Assembly (NCBI GenBank): GCA_030390025.1
Contig: CM059432.1
Span: 147,810,001-147,874,000, forward strand
From: Squalus acanthias
Lineage: Eukaryota
Direction: 5' to 3'
Length of the DNA: 64,000 nucleotides
Part shown: one piece after another, positions 48,413-60,142 of the stretch
How positions within the stretch are numbered: position 1 is the stretch's first letter
Layout: the number at the start of each line of letters is the position of its first letter
Translations under genes and position numbers: made by a program
Notes under the pieces: generated by a model
Database searches by the model: none
What the model was told of the DNA's origin: nothing
What the model saw: only the letters and a program-made list of their open reading frames with translations

Positions 48413-51364
48413 TCATGTCCAAATTCCTGCCCGCTCCCCGTAACCCTTAATGCCCTTTACTTCTAGGAAACTGTCTATTTCTGTTTTAAATTTAATTAAT
48501 GTTGTAGCTTCTACAGCTTTTTGTGGCAGCATATTCCATGGACCTACCACCCTCTGAGTGAAGTAGTTCCTCCTCATCTCAGTTTTGAAAGAGCAGCCCC
48601 TTATTCTAAGACTATGTCCCCTAGTTCTCGTCTCACCCGTCATCGGGAACATCCTCCCCGCATCCACCCGATCCAACCCCTTCACAATCTTATATGTTTC
48701 AATAAGATCGCCTCTCATTCTTCTGAACTCCAATGAGTAGAGTCCCAATCTACCCAACCTCTCCTCATATGACCACCCCCTCATCCCCGGGATTAACCGA
48801 GTGAACCTTTTTTGCACTGCCTCGAGAGCAAGGATGTCTTTCCTTAAGTAAGGACACCAAAACTGTATGCAGTATTCCAGGTGCGGTCTCACCAATACCT
48901 TGTACAACTGAAGCAATACCTCCCTATTTTTATATTCTATCCCCCTAGCAATGAAAGCCAACATTCCATTTGCCTTCTTAATCACTTGCTGCACCTGCAT
49001 ACTAACCTTTTGAGTTTCGTGCACCAGGACCCCCAGATCCCTTTGCACTTCAGTACTCTCCAGTTTCTTGCCATTAAGATAATAAATTGCTCTAGGATTT
49101 TTCCTGCCAAAGTGCATCACCTCACACTTTCCAGTGTTGTATTCCATCTGCCAAATCTCTGCCCACTTACTTAGCCTGTCTATGTCCCCTTGCAGGTTTT
49201 TTATGTCCTCCTCACTCACTACTTTCCCTCCCATCTTTGTATCATCTGCAAATTTTGATATGTTACACTTGGTCCCTTCCTCCAAATCGTTAATATAGAT
49301 TGTGAAGAGTTGGGGACCCAGCACTGACCCCTGTGGAACACCACTAGTTACTGATTGCCAGTCTGAGAATGAACCATTTATCCCAACTCTTTGCTTTCTG
49401 TTAGATAGCCAATCCTCTATCCATGCCAGAATATTACCCCCAATCCCGTGATTTTTTACCTTAAGCAATAATCTTTTGTGTGGCACCTTGTCAAATGCCT
49501 TTTGGAAGTCTAAATACACTACGTCCACTGGTTCCCCTTTATCCACTCTATATGTTACTTCCTCAAAGAACTCCAGCAAATTTGTCAAACATGACTTCCC
49601 CTTCGTAAAACCATGCTGACTTTGTCCTATTAAATTATGATTATCCAAATGTCCTGTTACTGTTTCCTTAATAATGGACTCCAAAATTTTACCTACCACA
49701 GATGTTAGGCTAACCGGTCTATAGTTACCAGCCTTCTGTCTACTGCCCTTTTTAAATAAGGGTGTTACATTAGCAGTTTTCCAGTCTGCCGGGACCTTAG
49801 CGGAATCCAGGGAGTTTTGAAAAATTATTACCAATGCATCTACAATCCCTACCGCCACTTCCTTCAAGACTCTAGGATGTAAGCCATCAGGTCCAGGTGA
49901 TTTATCCGCCTTGAGTCCCATTATTTTACCGAGTACCACTTCCTTAGTGATTTTGATCGTGTTTAGCTCCTCTCCCCCTATAGCCCCCTGTTTGTCCAGT
50001 GTTGGGATATTCTTAGTGTCCTCTACTGTAAAGACTGATACAAAATATTCATTCAGTGTTTTTGCCATCTCCATATTTCCCACCATTAATTTCCCGGTCT
50101 CATCCTCTAAGGGACCAACATTTACTTTAGCCACCCTTTTTCTTTTTATATAACTATAAAAACTCTTACTATCTGTTTTTATATTTTTTGCTAATTTACT
50201 TTCATAATCTATCTTCCCTTTCTTAATCAATCTTTTTGTTATTTTTTGCTGCCTTTTAAAGTTTTCCCAATCCTCTGTCCTCCCACTAGATTTCGCTACC
50301 TTATATGCCCTTGTTTTTAGTCGAATACTATCCTTAATTTCTTTACTTAGCCACGGATGACTGTCCTTTCTTTTACACCCTTTTCTTTTCAGTGGAATAT
50401 ATTTTTTTTGGAAGTTGTAAAATAACTCCTTGAATGTACACCACTGATCATGTGTCGTCTTACCCTTTAATCTATTTTCCCAATCCACTCTACTCAATTC
50501 CGCTCGCATACCTTCATAGTCTCCTTTATTCAAGCTTAGCACGCTTGTTTGAGATCCAACCTTCTCACCCTCTAATTGAATATGGAATTCAACCATGTTA
50601 TGGTCACTCATTCCAAGGGGATCCTTTACTAGGACATTTTTAATTAATCCTGTCTCGTTACACAGGACCAGATCTAAGGTTGCTTGCCCCCTGGTCGGTT
50701 CAGTTACATACTGCTCAAGAAACCCATCCCTAATACACTCAATGAACTCATCCTCAAGGCAGCCCTGCCCCATTTGATTTGTCCAATTAATATGATAGTT
50801 AAAATCCCCCATAATTATAGATGTTCCCTTATTACATGCCTCAACTATTTCCTGATTGATACTCCGTCCAATAGAGTTGCAACTGTTCGGAGGCCTATAG
50901 ACTACGCCCACTAATGTTTTTTTCCCCTTATTATTCCTTATCTCCACCCAAACTGTTTCATTATCATGATTTTTTGACCCAATATCATTACTCTGTATTA
51001 CAGTGATTCCTTCCTTTATTAACATAGCCACCCCACCTCCCCTTCCTTCCTGCCTGTCCTTCCTGATCGTTAAATAACCTGGTATGTTTAATTCCCAGGC
51101 ATTGTCACCCTGCAGCCATGTTTCTGTAATGGCCACAATATCATAACCATATGTAGTTATTTGTGCCATTAACTCGTCTATTTTGTTACGAATGCTACGT
51201 GCATTCAGATAGAGAACTTTCAAATATGCTTTGTGGCACTTAGTTCCTGCTTTTTCACTTTTTACCAGTTTACCTTTTACTCCACACACTCTGTCCCTTC
51301 CTGCCACGCTCTGATTTGTGATTCCCCTACTGCTACCTATGTCTATGACCCTCTCTGTTGTCAT
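48413..51364 (-). CDS. CR1 ORF2 protein (APE endonuclease + reverse transcriptase), 983 aa
   Basis: ATG at 51364; YLNARSI, ITETW, GDFN, TLDLV, SDH (APE); [25 protein letters not shown] (RT); no stops or frameshifts. Confidence 0.95.
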   Translation of the reverse strand: MTTERVIDIGSSRGITNQSVAGRDRVCGVKGKLVKSEKAGTKCHKAYLKVLYLNARSIRNKIDELMAQITTYGYDIVAITETWLQGDNAWELNIPGYLTIRKDRQEGRGGGVAMLIKEGITVIQSNDIGSKNHDNETVWVEIRNNKGKKTLVGVVYRPPNSCNSIGRSINQEIVEACNKGTSIIMGDFNYHINWTNQMGQGCLEDEFIECIRDGFLEQYVTEPTRGQATLDLVLCNETGLIKNVLVKDPLGMSDHNMVEFHIQLEGEKVGSQTSVLSLNKGDYEGMRAELSRVDWENRLKGKTTHDQWCTFKELFYNFQKKYIPLKRKGCKRKDSHPWLSKEIKDSIRLKTRAYKVAKSSGRTEDWENFKRQQKITKRLIKKGKIDYESKLAKNIKTDSKSFYSYIKRKRVAKVNVGPLEDETGKLMVGNMEMAKTLNEYFVSVFTVEDTKNIPTLDKQGAIGGEELNTIKITKEVVLGKIMGLKADKSPGPDGLHPRVLKEVAVGIVDALVIIFQNSLDSAKVPADWKTANVTPLFKKGSRQKAGNYRPVSLTSVVGKILESIIKETVTGHLDNHNLIGQSQHGFTKGKSCLTNLLEFFEEVTYRVDKGEPVDVVYLDFQKAFDKVPHKRLLLKVKNHGIGGNILAWIEDWLSNRKQRVGINGSFSDWQSVTSGVPQGSVLGPQLFTIYINDLEEGTKCNISKFADDTKMGGKVVSEEDIKNLQGDIDRLSKWAEIWQMEYNTGKCEVMHFGRKNPRAIYYLNGKKLESTEVQRDLGVLVHETQKVSMQVQQVIKKANGMLAFIARGIEYKNREVLLQLYKVLVRPHLEYCIQFWCPYLRKDILALEAVQKRFTRLIPGMRGWSYEERLGRLGLYSLEFRRMRGDLIETYKIVKGLDRVDAGRMFPMTGETRTRGHSLRIRGCSFKTEMRRNYFTQRVVGPWNMLPQKAVEATTLIKFKTEIDSFLEVKGIKGYGERAGIWT

Positions 51365-51402
51365 TTTTATTTTTTGCTCTCTTGAAACCTCCCCCCCACT
51401 AA

Positions 51403-51770
51403 TTAGTTTAAAGCCCTCTCCACAGCCCTAGTTATTCGATTCGCCAGGACACTAGTCCCAGCACTGGCCAAGTGAAGTCCGTCCCAACGGAACAGCTCTC
51501 TCCTGCCCCAGTACTGGTGCCAGTGTCCCAAGAAGCAAAACCCATTTTTCCCACACCAGTCTTTGAGCCACGCATTCAACTCCCTGATTTTATTTACCCT
51601 AGCCAAATTTGCTCGTGGCTCAGGTAGTAATCCAGAGATTATTACCCTCGAGGTTCTGCTTTTTAATTTGGCCCCTAGCTGCTCAAACTCCCTCAGCAGA
51701 ACCTCTTTCCTTGTCCTATCTATGTCATTGGTACCAACATGGACCACGACAACTGGATCCTCCCCCTCCC
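51403..51770 (-). CDS. CR1 ORF1 C-terminal part (SGNH/GDSL esterase-like), 5'-truncated
   Basis: VVVHVGTNDI..IISGLLP..LNAWLKDWC..DGLHL motifs, directly upstream of ORF2. Confidence 0.85.
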
Positions 51771-52139
51771 ACCCAATCTGGTCATGTCACCGAGGAACCC
51801 CAATAGAAATTCTGATTCCCCCCTCCACCAGCGTGTCAAGCAACCAATAGAAGTTCTTTTACTTTTTTAGCAGTAACAAAATAAAAACACAGATGGCAAT
51901 CACAGCTTGTGTAAGATAAGTTAAATAATAGTGTGCGTACGTGAGAGGGATGATGGTGTCTCTGTGTGTGGCGCCAGCAAGTTTTTTTTAAGGAAAGATG
52001 TATCCAAGCTGGGCCAAATTTAGGGATTCATCAAAGTAACATGAAATGATCCCGTTTGGGTTCTGAAGACACTTCATCTCAGCCATCTACCAGCTGGTAC
52101 AATGTGCCGAGGAGGCTAACAATTATGTCAGTGTATTAG

Positions 52140-52222
52140 ATTGCTTCCCTTCCGCCTCTGTGAAGTGCCTCGGAATGATTCTCCATGTTAAAGGTGCTAA
52201 GTAAAGCAAATCATCGTTGACA
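52140..52222 (+). mobile_element. L2-type 3' tail fragment
   Basis: CTGTGAAGTGCCTCGGAATGATTCTCCATGTTAAAGGTGCTA resembles 13695-13760 in reverse. Confidence 0.5.
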
Positions 52223-52303
52223 AAAGTTACGAGAGTCGCCATCACATTTCGAAGTGGCCACAAGCTATAAATCTGCTCAGTGCTTTCTAAATCGAATAAT
52301 AGT

Positions 52304-52848
52304 GGGGGGTAATTTTTAACTTTGGCCCAAAAAAAACCAGCGCAAAGCTGGCGGTGGATCCTCGGCGTGACCGAAGCAACCGTCAGGAGCCCCAAACCAT
52401 TTTCAGGCAAGTGTCTACCTGGAGCTGTCTGGCCGGTCAGGCCTGTTGGGAGGGAGCCAGCCAGGGAGAGGGAGAGAAAATGGGTTGTAGTTTGTTGGGG
52501 CTCACAAACATTCTGCTCCCCCACCACCCCCCTCCAAAATTTCCCAGCCGCCAGCAGTCCCTTCAAGCTTCTTTAGGCTGCTCAACGCCTGCTACAACTA
52601 GGCTTACAGCATATGCTCTGCCCCTTTGTACATGAAAATGGCAATCAGGGTACTCCAACTAGCGTAGGACCCAAATTTGCCTATTTAAACAGCCTCTCAC
52701 TTGTTTCGGGCGGGTGTTCTGGGCACTCAGTTAAAGGCCCGAAATATGAATCAGGCATACCTTGAGCATTAAAGGGATGTCCACCCGACTTTCCTCTGTT
52801 GGTCAGAGATTTCCAGGTCAGAACGGGCGAGTGGTATTCGAAAATCGC
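52304..52848. mobile_element. Probable Harbinger-like MITE
   Basis: Left end GGGGGGTAATTTTTAAC similar to other TIRs; GC-rich subterminal DNA; right end ~CGAAAATCGC abuts a CR1. Confidence 0.5.
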
Positions 52849-52849
52849 A

Positions 52850-53505
52850 ACTGGTATGTTGGCCTTCGTATCAAGAGGGTTTGAGTACAGGAACAAGGAT
52901 GTCTTGCTGCAGTTGTACAGGGCCTTGGTGAGACCACACCTTGAGTATTGTGTGCAGTTTTGGTCGCCTTATCTGAGAAAGGATGTTCTTGCCATGGAGG
53001 GTGTGCAGCGAAGATTCACCAGACTGATACCTGGGATGGCAGGAATGACGTACGAGGAGAGATTAGGTCGATTGGGCTTATACTCGCTGGAGTTTAGAAG
53101 AATGAGAGGAGATCTCATTGAAACTTATAAAATTCTAACAGGGCTAGACTTACTGGATGCAGGAAGGATGTTCCCGATGGCGGGTGAGTCCAGAACAAGA
53201 GGTCACAGTCTAAAGATAAAGGGTAAGCCATTTAGGACAGAGATGAGGAGGAATTTCTTCACCCAGAGAGTGGTGAACCTGTGGAATTCTCTACCACAGA
53301 AGGCAGTTGAGGCCAAGTCAGTAAATATATTCAAGAAGGAGATAGATATATTTCTTAAGGCTAAAGGTATCAAGGGATATGGGGAGAAGGCAGGGACAGG
53401 GTACTGAATTTGGATGATCAGCCATGATCTCATCGAATGGCGGAGCAGGCTCGAGGGGCCGAATGGCCTACTCCTGCTCCTATCTTCTATGTTTCTATGT
53501 TTCTA
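52850..53505 (+). mobile_element. CR1 3' fragment (young)
   Basis: Open RT C-terminus GMLAFVSRGFEYRNK..KGYGEKAGTGY*; (TTCTATGT) tail. Confidence 0.95.
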
Positions 53506-53774
53506 ATGGCTTGCTGCCACTATGCCCCCTCTTTAATCGGGACGGATGGGCAGCCTGGTCTGTAAGCTTCTCTTCTGTTACTGTCAGTGCGAGTCTGATC
53601 ATCTAGCAGGGCTGGATAGCTTTAAGTCAACACTTTCCAGGCACAGATTTACACAAACCTATTTCACATAAATTTCACATTTACTATATGTACACATACA
53701 CACATTTTATAACACACCGACATACACAAACTGCAACACATTTATTACACATACACACAACCTCACACACATAT

Positions 53775-54036
53775 AGACATAGAATTACATAGAATGAACA
53801 GCACAGAAACAGGCCATTCGCCCAACTGCTCCGTGCCGGTGTTTATGCTCCGCATGAGCCTCCTCCCACCTAACTTCATCTAACCCAATCAGCATATCCT
53901 TCTATTCCTTTCTCCCTCATGTACTTATTTAGCTTCCCCTTAAATGCATCTGTGCTCTTCGCCTCAACCACTCCCTGTGGGAGCGAGTTCCACATTCTCA
54001 CCACTCTCTGGGTAAAGAAGTTTCTCCTGAATTCCT
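53775..54036 (-). mobile_element. CR1 3' fragment
   Basis: KEFRRNFFTQRVVRMWNSLPQG..; CATAGAAT tail; same subfamily as 25085-27092. Confidence 0.9.
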
Positions 54037-54041
54037 TATAA

Positions 54042-54565
54042 AAACATAGAAACATAGAAGATAGGAGCAGGAGTAGGCCATTCGGCCCCTCGAGCCTGCT
54101 CCGCCATTCGATGAGATCATGGCTGATCATCCAAACTCAGTACTCTGTACCTGCCTTCTCCCCATATCCCTTGATACCTTTAGCTTTAAGAAATATATCT
54201 AACTCATTCTTGAATATAATGAATGACTTGGCCTCAACTACCTTCTGTGGTAGAGAATTCCACAGGTTCACCACTCTCTGGGTGAAGAAATTCTTCCTCA
54301 TTTCTGTCCCCTTATCCTTAGATTATGACCCCTGGTTCTGGACTCTCCGACCATCGGGAACATTCTTCCTGCATCTAGTTTGTCCAGACCTGTCAGAATT
54401 TTATATGTTTCGATGAGATCCCCTCTCATTCTTCTAACCTCCAGCGAGTATAAGCCCAATCGACCCAATCTCTCCTCATATGTCATTCCTGCCATCCCAG
54501 GTATCAGCCTTCTGAATCTTCGCTGAACTCCTTTCATGGCAAGAACATCCTTCGTCAGATAAGAT
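54042..54565 (-). mobile_element. CR1 3' fragment, same subfamily as 52850-53505, inverted
   Basis: 3' UTR nearly identical to the reverse complement of 53400-53503. Confidence 0.93.
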
Positions 54566-55037
54566 TAGATTTATTCATGACTATCTTATAGGCATGACAC
54601 CTAGGCCTAGAAAATCCATGTTGCAGTGCAAGCCATTAAGGCCGGTTTTGAAGAAGAAATGGTGGCCACCTTGCTTCCGCCCACTTTCGGCACGGGACGT
54701 GGCGGCCACCATTTTTGTTAAGGGCCATGGCGATGCCGTTGACAGCACTGGCCTCTCAAATTTAAATAAGCAGATCGTGACGTCAATTGGTGTGCAACTC
54801 TCCTTAACGCTGTGTCCTGACCATGCACAGAAAGGCCTGCGAGGAGCAGCGCTGCAGAGACGCTGTCGGTGCTTCTTAAAGGGACACACACAGGGACACA
54901 GCTTTTGGACTGTATTTTTTATATTTTATTGAAGTAGTGGCTTGGTGCAATAGATTTTAAAAGATGTTAAAGTGTGCAGGGTGTGCTGCTGGATTCTTGA
55001 AAGGCTTCAGATGATAAAGGAAGGCCTCTGAGAAGAC

Positions 55038-55235
55038 AGGGAATGCTGGAAATACTCAGCAGGTCAGGCAGCATCTGTGGAGAGAGAAACAGTGTTAATG
55101 GGCTCGATTTTAATCACCCTGAGAAGGCGGGTTTGGAGGCGGGTCTGTTGGGAAAATCGTGAAAAATGGCTTCAGACACCCAACCCGCCCCCACCCGATT
55201 TTCCTGAGTGTCTGTTTAGCCGCTCCCGAGAGTTC
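55038..55235. mobile_element. Penelope pseudo-LTR fragment (55038-55098) interrupted by a Harbinger/MITE left end (55100-~55235)
   Basis: AATGCTGGAAATACTCAGCAGGTCAGGCAGCATCTGTGG..; then GGGCTCGATTTT TIR with GGCGGG motifs, as at 20188/22817. Confidence 0.7.
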
Positions 55236-55239
55236 CGCG

Positions 55240-58200
55240 CCATTTCCAGTCATCAGACAACCGAGGTGAATCGGCTGCAGGCTAAAAGTAAAAGGCAGTT
55301 GGGCCCCAAGGCCACAGCAACTGGCCAAGGTAACAGTGCATTGAAGTCGTGCTATCGGTGCCTGGAACAACACATCGCTCAAAGCTGTCCATATGTGAAG
55401 GCAGAGTGTTTCTACTGCAAGAAAACTGGGCATCTTGCGAAGGCGTGCCGACAGAAGAGTAAACCGACTGGCAATGCTAGAAGTAGAAATCGGCAGACAC
55501 TACATACCGTTGAAGAGAAGCAGCAGGACGAGGAGTTTCTGGAGATTCACGTCATCAGGAGCACGAAGGTATCTAACAGCGATTCGCGAGGTATCGTCAT
55601 CCAAGTAGATGTCGCAGGAACCAGGATATGCATGGAAATCGACTCTGGTGCATCAGTGAGTGTAGTACCGGAATCACTATATCGCGACAAGTTGCATGAT
55701 TATCGACTAGAGAAATCGAAGGTAGAGCTGCGAGGCTACTCAGGAGAGCAAATCCCTGTAGTAGGAAGTGTCACCATACCAGTGAAATACAAGGATCAGT
55801 GTCAGAGTTTGCCTCTCATAGTAGTGGCAGGAGACAAGCCTGCCTTGATAGGTAGATTGGTTGGGATCACTGAAGCTGGATTGGAATGAGATTTTTGTTG
55901 TGGAAGCGAAATTTGCATCAAAAGATGATGTCATCAAGCAGTATCCCAAGGTGTTCAGTGAAACGGGCAGTCCGATCCAAGACTTCAAGGCGAGTGTCAG
56001 AGTGCAGAAGGACACAAGACCAGTTTACTGCAAGCCACGTCCCGTACCATACGCACTCGAGGAGAAAGTTGTGCAAGAACTCAAAAGACTAGAAACTGAG
56101 AACATTATCTCTAAGGTAGATCTGAGTAATTGGGCTACACCCATTGTTGTTGTACATAAGGCAGATGGTAAGGAAAGGTTGTGTGGTGATTATAAGGTAA
56201 CCGTAAACCAGGTTCTAGAGTGTAATCTACCCGATACATTGCCAAATGTGGAAGATTTGTTCACAACGCTGACAGGTGGCCAGATCGTTTCGAAGTTAAA
56301 TCTAACAAACGCCTACCTACAACTTGAGTTAGATGAAGAGTCCAAGTCATGCTTGACTATAAATACTCACCGATGCTTATATCAGTTCAATGGGCTACCA
56401 TTTGGAGTGTCTTCTGCCCCCAACATATTCCTAGGATGATGAACCAAATTTTGCAAGGGATTGAAGGGGTAGTGTGTTATTTGGATGACAGACTCATTTC
56501 AGCACCAAACAGGCAAATCCATGATGAGGTGTTGAATGAAGTGCTCAAACGGCTAGAGAAGCACGGAGTACAAGTGACAGCTCACAAGTGTGAGTTGTTT
56601 CAAAACTCAGTGGAGTACTTAGGGCACAGAGTAGACAAAGATGGTTTACATCCAACCAAGGGAAAGCTGGATGCAATCAGAAATGCACCCACTCCCAAGA
56701 ATGTTTCTGAACTTCAATCATTTTTGGGTCTTTTGAATTATTACGGAAAGTTCCTCCCAAACTTGGCTACATTGTTACATCCACTGAATGAGCTGTTGAG
56801 AAAACAGGTCCCTTGGAAGTGGTCAAAAGAATGCGACACAGCATTCAAAGAGTGTAAAAGCCAGTTAGTAGAGAGTACCATGTTAGTTCACTATGATGTA
56901 TCTCAGGAGATCAAGCTAGCGTGTGACGCCTCTCCGTACGGAGTTGGGGCTGTGATCTCTCATGTACTAGATAGTGGGGAGGAGAGACCAATTGCTTTTG
57001 CTTCACGCACTCTCAGTGCCAGTGAGCGGAATTATGCGCAGATCTAAAGGGAAGCTTTCTCATTGATTTTTGGGGTCAAGAAGTTTCACAAATACTTGTT
57101 TGGTCGTAAGTTTACCATAGTTACTGACCATAAGCTCCTGACAGCAATCCTCCATCCAAAGTTCCCAGTTCCAACCTTAGCTGCAGCCCGAATGCAGAGA
57201 TGGGCTTTGATTTTGTCAGCGTATACGTAGGACATTGAGTACAGACGATCAGCTGATCACAGTAATGTTGATGCTATGTCCAGGTTGCCATCCCCATCAC
57301 AAGTTACACCCAATAAGGAAGAAGTTTTCTATTTCTCATACATTGATGAGCTGCGAATCACAGCTGAAGAGATTGGTCGGGCAACCAAACGTGACCCAAT
57401 TATGTCAGAGGTGTATAATTACATAGTAAATGGATGGCCAAACCAGGTATCAGAGGAAGATATCCATCCATACTTCGTTCATCGGAATGAATTGTCAGTG
57501 GATAAAGATTATATCATGTGGGGAGCAAGAGTGGTTATCCCAAATAGGTTCAGCCTAAATTGTTAGGAGATCTTCATGAGCAGCACCTGGGAATGTGCTT
57601 GACCAAGAGCTTTGCACGCAGTTACTTATGGTGGCCAGGTTTAGATAACGAGATTGAGTACATAGTCAGTCAGTGTACAACATGTCTATCAGTGAGCAAG
57701 AAACCACCATCAGTACCATTACAGCCATGGAAATGGCCTCCCAGAGTGTGGCAAAGGTTACATGTAGATTTTGCTGAGTTAGAAGGACAGCAATTGCTCA
57801 TAGTGATAGATAGTCACTCGAAGTGGGTAGAGGTGTTTCCGATGCAGAAATTAACAACAAGCAAAACACTAGACAATTTGCAAAGATTGTTTTCTTCATA
57901 CGGCCTCCCAGAAGAAATTGTGTCTGATAATGGGCCGCAATGTTGTTCAGAAGAGTTCACACAGTTCATGAGCAGAAACAATGTGAATCATACCAAAGTT
58001 CCACCGTACCACCCTGCTTCAAATGGAGCAGCTGAGTAAAAATTGTCAAACATGACCTCATCAAGCAAATGTTGGATCCAAATCCAAAAAAACGTCAGTT
58101 GTTGTTGGACCACAAACTGGCAAATTTTCTGATTACCTATCGGAATACTCCTCATACTACTACTGGTAGAAAACCAGCAGAGTTGTTTCTCAAACGACAG

Positions 58201-59078
58201 CCACGAACCAGGTTCTCGTTGTTAAAGCCAAACTTGGCACAGTCCATAGAAGAGAAACAATCAGGGCAGAAAGAGAGTCATGATAAAGGTAGAGTTAGAG
58301 AGAGAAGTGTGAAGTTGAACCAGAAGGTTAGAGTGAAGAACTATCACCATAAATGGTTAAAGTGATTACCAAGAAGAGTAGTGAAGATATGTGGCCCGCG
58401 CACATATTTGGTCAAGATGTTTGATCATGGAAAGGTTAGGTTTGTTCACATTGATCATATCTTACCTACAGATGTGGAAAGAGTTGAAAGCTGGGATGAT
58501 TCAATTTATTCTGATGAGTTGGATAGTCTTGTTATAAGTAGAGTACCAGTAGCAAATCCTACATCAGACGTACCAGAAACAAGTCCAAGACAAAGTCAGA
58601 ATTTAAGTCGGAGCCCGAGTCAGGCAGACAAACAGCCTGAAAGTGTAGCGAGTCCAAATGTAGATCAAGGTCAGCCCTTGGAGAAAAATTCTCCGCAGGC
58701 TCAGCCTAGAATGAGTCAAAGTCCTACAACAAGAGCTGAAAGCTCTGTTCAAGAAAGAAGGTATCCTCTTCGAAACAGAAAACCAGTGGTTAAGTTTAAT
58801 CTGTAAATATGGAAAATAAGTTCATATCTTTTGTTTGTGTTAAAGAATTCTATAGTAGAATTTGGAAACATAAAATGGGTTCCATTTGAGAAATGTATAC
58901 CAAGAGTTGTGTATACCATGCAAGTCATGCACAATGATTATTTGCTATGATTAACTTCTTCAACAAGGAGGGAGAAGTATAATAGAGCCACCTAGTGGAC
59001 TACTGATGTATATAATAATAAAGCCATGTGCAGTACAGTTCTTACCGGAAGCCATGTTGTGCTGTTGTAGCTATGTCT
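55240..59078 (+). mobile_element. Gypsy/Ty3 LTR retrotransposon, decayed gag-pol; 5' LTR missing, PPT and start of 3' LTR present
   Basis: Two zinc knuckles (CYRC..H..C, CFYCKKTGHLAKAC), protease IDSGAS, RT (WATPIV, YLDD), RNase H (LACDASPYGVG), integrase (H..H..C..C, LHVD, IVSDNG, SNGAAE) in PR-RT-RH-IN order; PPT AAGGAGGGAGAAG ~58965-58978; many frameshifts. Confidence 0.95.
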
Positions 59079-59959
59079 CAAGATATCAGAGGTGTGCCTT
59101 GTGATTGGTAAAGATATTGGTAGGTGAGTGATGAGGGGGGTGGAGGACGTGCAATGAGCAGTGTGTGAGGCTCATGGTGCAATTGGTAGAAGACGGCTTT
59201 TGAAGATGCATTTACTGACCTTGACCACTGGTCTAAGGTCAAGAAATTTCTTTGGGCACTGGAGCCACATCCTGGGAGTGACACTGCCTCGGTGATCTGG
59301 TCCCACATCGTTCTTTCTGGAGAGACTCCTGGCCTCCAGTGGGTAGAGGACCTCTCTTGCAGTGTTGACCCCCTGCACAAAGCAGGAGTGCTGCGTGCGA
59401 GACCCTGAGTGCCCCTGCCCTGGCTTGTTGAGCCATTTATGTTAGTGCTGATGCACTTTTACTATTTTTTGAATGTGCTGAAGGCAGTTCAGCTTTAGGA
59501 GCTGAAGACTGCCATCTTCGAATTATTTTTAACGTTTATATTTTTTTTCTGAAGCCAGCTGAGCTCTAAAAGCTAAAGACTGCCTATTTTTAAATGATGT
59601 TAATTTTTTTAAATTTTAGAAGGCAGTTCCCCTTTAGGGGATCGACACTGCTTTCTAAAATGACAGCCTTGCTTTAAGAGAATGCTGCCTCGCTCCTTGG
59701 AACCCTACGGCCACGCTACATTGGGCCCCCTGTTGAGACTACCGCCAGAAACACCGCGTCACACAGTAGGTTTTGCGCTGCGCTAATTAAAATCAGCAGG
59801 CAGCACCAAAACACCAGTGGTGCCTGCACTCCTTTTGTGGCCGGCCGTTAACCTTGGCCCGCGGTGGCACCGCCCGTTTTCAGTCTTAGTCGAGTATCTA
59901 GGCGCTAGTTTTGGACTCTCCCACAAGCGGAAGCATTTTATCTTCGTCTACCCTTATCT

Positions 59960-60142
59960 ACATCAAACCCCTCAGCCTTCTCTTTTTAAGAGAAATGAGC
60001 CCCAGCCTGTTCAGTCTTTCCTGATAAATATAACCTCTCAGTTCTGGTGTCATTCTTGTAAAGCTTTGTTTTGCACCTTCTACTGCGCCTCTATATCCTA
60101 GTTTATAATATGGAGACCACAAATGTGCACAGTACTCCAAGT
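59960..60142 (-). mobile_element. CR1 internal fragment
   Basis: LEYCAHLWSPYYK..FTRMTPELRGYIYQERLNRLGL. Confidence 0.8.

Larger units (their letters stand above)
48185..51773 (-). mobile_element. Young CR1 LINE, 5'-truncated within ORF1, ORF2 intact
   Basis: (CATAAGAA) tail at ~48185; uninterrupted 983-aa ORF2; ORF1 esterase remnant upstream. Confidence 0.97.
54604..59904. mobile_element. Harbinger element (Myb exon on minus strand) enclosing Penelope, MITE and Gypsy sequence
   Basis: TIRs GGCCTAGAAAATC and GAGTATCTAGGCG; TSD CTA (54601-54603, 59905-59907); Myb exon 1 at ~59220-59436 (MAQQARAGALRVS..WLQCPKKFLDLRPVVK). Confidence 0.72.
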
